64,000 nucleotides of DNA from Dicyema japonicum (lineage: Eukaryota; Animalia; Dicyemida), in NCBI GenBank assembly GCA_011109175.1, contig RDEW01000083.1, forward strand, positions 62,001-126,000, in the 5' to 3' direction. Position 1 is the first letter of the stretch. The number at the start of each line of letters is the position of its first letter. A model generated the notes under the pieces. That model saw nothing but the letters and a program-made list of their open reading frames with translations, searched no databases and had not been told where the DNA came from. Shown one piece after another: positions 61,805-64,000 of this stretch. The position numbers and the translations under genes were made by a program.

Positions 61805-63127
61805 ATGTATTTTATTTAAATTTTTATTAATTTAAGGGAAAAGAAACCGAATGAGTCGGAGGATCAGTACTTCCTCACAGAAAGACGGGAAATCGAAATT
61901 AAGAACAGAAGAATCGTCATCAATGTTAGCGGTCTTCGCTTTGAAACATACATTGAGTCGCTGGAGTCATTCCCAGAGACACTACTCGGAAATCCGGAAA
62001 GAAGAAATCAATTCTACGACGGTGAAAAGGGGGAATTATTTTTTAACAAAAATCGTGCTTGTTTTGAGCATATTTTGTATTATTACCAAAGTGGAGGAAT
62101 AATTCGATGTCCATCAAATATTCCTATCGACATATTTATTGATGAGATTGAATATTTCGGATTAAATAGAGAATTGATTTCTCAGTTTCGAGATGATCAT
62201 CTGCCAAAACAGAAGGAGAAGGAAGTCATGCCAGAAAATTACGTAAGAAAAAAACTTTGGATGCTATTTGAGTATCCGGAAACTTCCATGTGTGCCAGAA
62301 TAGTGGCTTCCTGGTCGATGGTGGTTATTCTTTTATCAATTATCCTATTTTGCGTTGAGACGCTCCCCCAATATGCGGAATCGACCAATCAGACGTCTTC
62401 TAATAATCGGACCCTCAAGGAACCGTATAACAGAATATTCTTTAATATTGAAACTGCATGTATGGCCTGGTTTTGCTTCGAACTGATAACCCGTTTTATT
62501 TTGTCCCCACGGAAGTGTGTCTTCATCAAGAATGTACTCAATATTATTGACCTGATCTCCATTTTACCGTATTTTATCACTTTGGCAACTAAAAACGTGC
62601 AGAACAGTCAGGCACAGAGCATTGAGGTTATCCGAGTGATGAGATTGGTCCGAGTATTCAGAATCTTTAAGTTATCGAGGCATTCCAAAGGTCTCCAAAT
62701 TCTTGGCCAAACCCTGAAGGCGTCCTTGCACGAAATGATTATGCTTTCCTTCTTTTTGGGAGTTATAGTTATTCTTTTTTCAAGTGCTATTTACTTTGCT
62801 GAGGCTCATCTCCCAAACACTCAGTTCCACAGTATTCCTGAAGCATTTTGGTGGGCGGTCGTCACGATCACCACTGTTGGATATGGTGACATCACCCCCG
62901 TTGGATTTTGGGGTAAAATTGTCGGATCAATGTGTGCAATCGCTGGGGTCCTGACAATTGCTCTCCCAGTCCCAGTTATCGTTTCGAATTTCAACCACTT
63001 TTATCAGCTAGAAATGGAACGGGGGAAAATTATTCAGGACGTAAACCCGGAATTGCCGGATCAAACGGAAGATGGTAAAACTACCGAAAATAACTCGAGA
63101 AACTCAAAAATTTATTCATATCGATAA
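61805..63127 (+). CDS. Shaker/Kv1 voltage-gated K+ channel, 430 aa
   Basis: T1 domain (IVINVSGLRFET..FPETLLG), S4 (RVMRLVRVFRIFKLSRHSK), pore TTVGYGD and the PVP gate. The inferred ATG is split by intron 61807-61836; the rest is one exon. Confidence 0.96.
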
Positions 63128-63229
63128 ACGTGTGAATCAAAGATTCTGTGAAAATTTGAATTTTTAAAATTTTTAACAGATTTCAAATACAATTAATTCT
63201 GCATTTAATAAAATTTTGTACATTTTACA

Positions 63230-64000
63230 GTTTCCCCCCAAATTTAGTCTAATAAATGACATGTGGTTTGGTATGACTGCAAAAAAGAAGCTAATTTGTT
63301 GAGTTTCTGTAAAGATCAACAAAATATGTCCTTAAATTTGCATAAGGGCTGGATCCAAAATACCATCAAAATAACTGTATGGGAACCATTGGACAGCTAC
63401 ACGATGGGTCATATCAGGCCCGGCCAGCCTTACTCATTATTTAGTTTCCAGGCTTTCGGCTTCTTGCCAACTTTGATTACTATTACGTAGTGTTTGAGTT
63501 TGATTGAAAAAAATTATTATTTTAAAAATTAAAGCTGAAATTACAGCTGATTAGCTTCAACCCACGTGGTTTCTTGAAGTGTCAGTAAAATTGTGTAATA
63601 TTGATAAGTAGTCGTTTTAGAAATTGATAGATTCGATCAATATTGAATAGCTCTCAATCACCGAGATTTCATTAGGTTTCAAGAGACATTTGGGGTGAAA
63701 GGGGTGAAAGTGATCTAAATTCCCCTTGTTTGTGTACCACCTCCCAACCTAGTCACCAAACAAGACAAAGTGGATTTATCAGCTATAAAACCTTTGACAT
63801 TCTCTGATAATATTTTTTGAGATAACTGCACGTGCTAGGTATTGCTACACAGGTAGACTTTTTACCAATAAAAGTTCCGTTAAGGTTTTTGGGAAGCGAA
63901 GGATGAACTTGTTGTTGAGAGAGTCGAGGAAAATTTAGATCAGTAATTTTTGAGATATTTTAAGTCGTGTCGTTCCCCTAATATTATTCACCAGGGCAAC
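63230..64000 (-). CDS. 3' part of an unidentified spliced gene running off the window
   Basis: 63978-64000 reads as a 23-nt GT-AG intron on the minus strand. It is followed by open segments linked by 21-26-nt candidate introns. No family was recognised. Confidence 0.35.

Noticed and set aside
61851-62102. ORF MSRRIST... as the Kv1 N-terminus
   Set aside because: Wrong frame; the T1 domain is encoded in the frame continuous with 62075-63127.
63987-64000. X-box-like TTCACCAGGGCAAC
   Set aside because: Better explained as part of a 23-nt GT-AG intron (63978-64000) of a minus-strand gene.

Overview
AT-rich animal genomic DNA: islands of compact genes separated by nested, decayed transposons. 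Genes I could reconstruct by hand are a Rho-family GTPase, FKBP4/5, STIM, a 150-aa E-protein bHLH, a divergent importin-alpha, CNDP2, PAXIP1/PTIP, a FAM81-like protein, CCDC103/DNAAF19 and a Shaker/Kv1 channel. There is also a 5' fragment of GFM2, three orphan spliced genes and an intron-containing tRNA-Ile(TAT). Almost all of about 50 inferred GT-AG introns are 20-30 nt long. Tiny introns plus motile-cilia and metazoan-specific genes fit a reduced ciliated animal such as a dicyemid; this is inference, not a database result. Mobile DNA includes RTE, Jockey/I-like and CRE-like LINEs, hAT and pogo/Tigger transposons, a tRNA-derived SINE family, and a dispersed element with degenerate TTAGGG repeats. 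The most notable observations are splicing that looks length-defined, a Kv1 start codon apparently created by splicing (AT|G), an RFX X-box and a polyA signal packed into a 43-bp gap between FAM81 and CCDC103, and several miniaturised proteins. Several genes carry small deletions that look like assembly errors, so gene ends and frames are approximate. No CRISPR array, rRNA or prokaryote-type system was seen.
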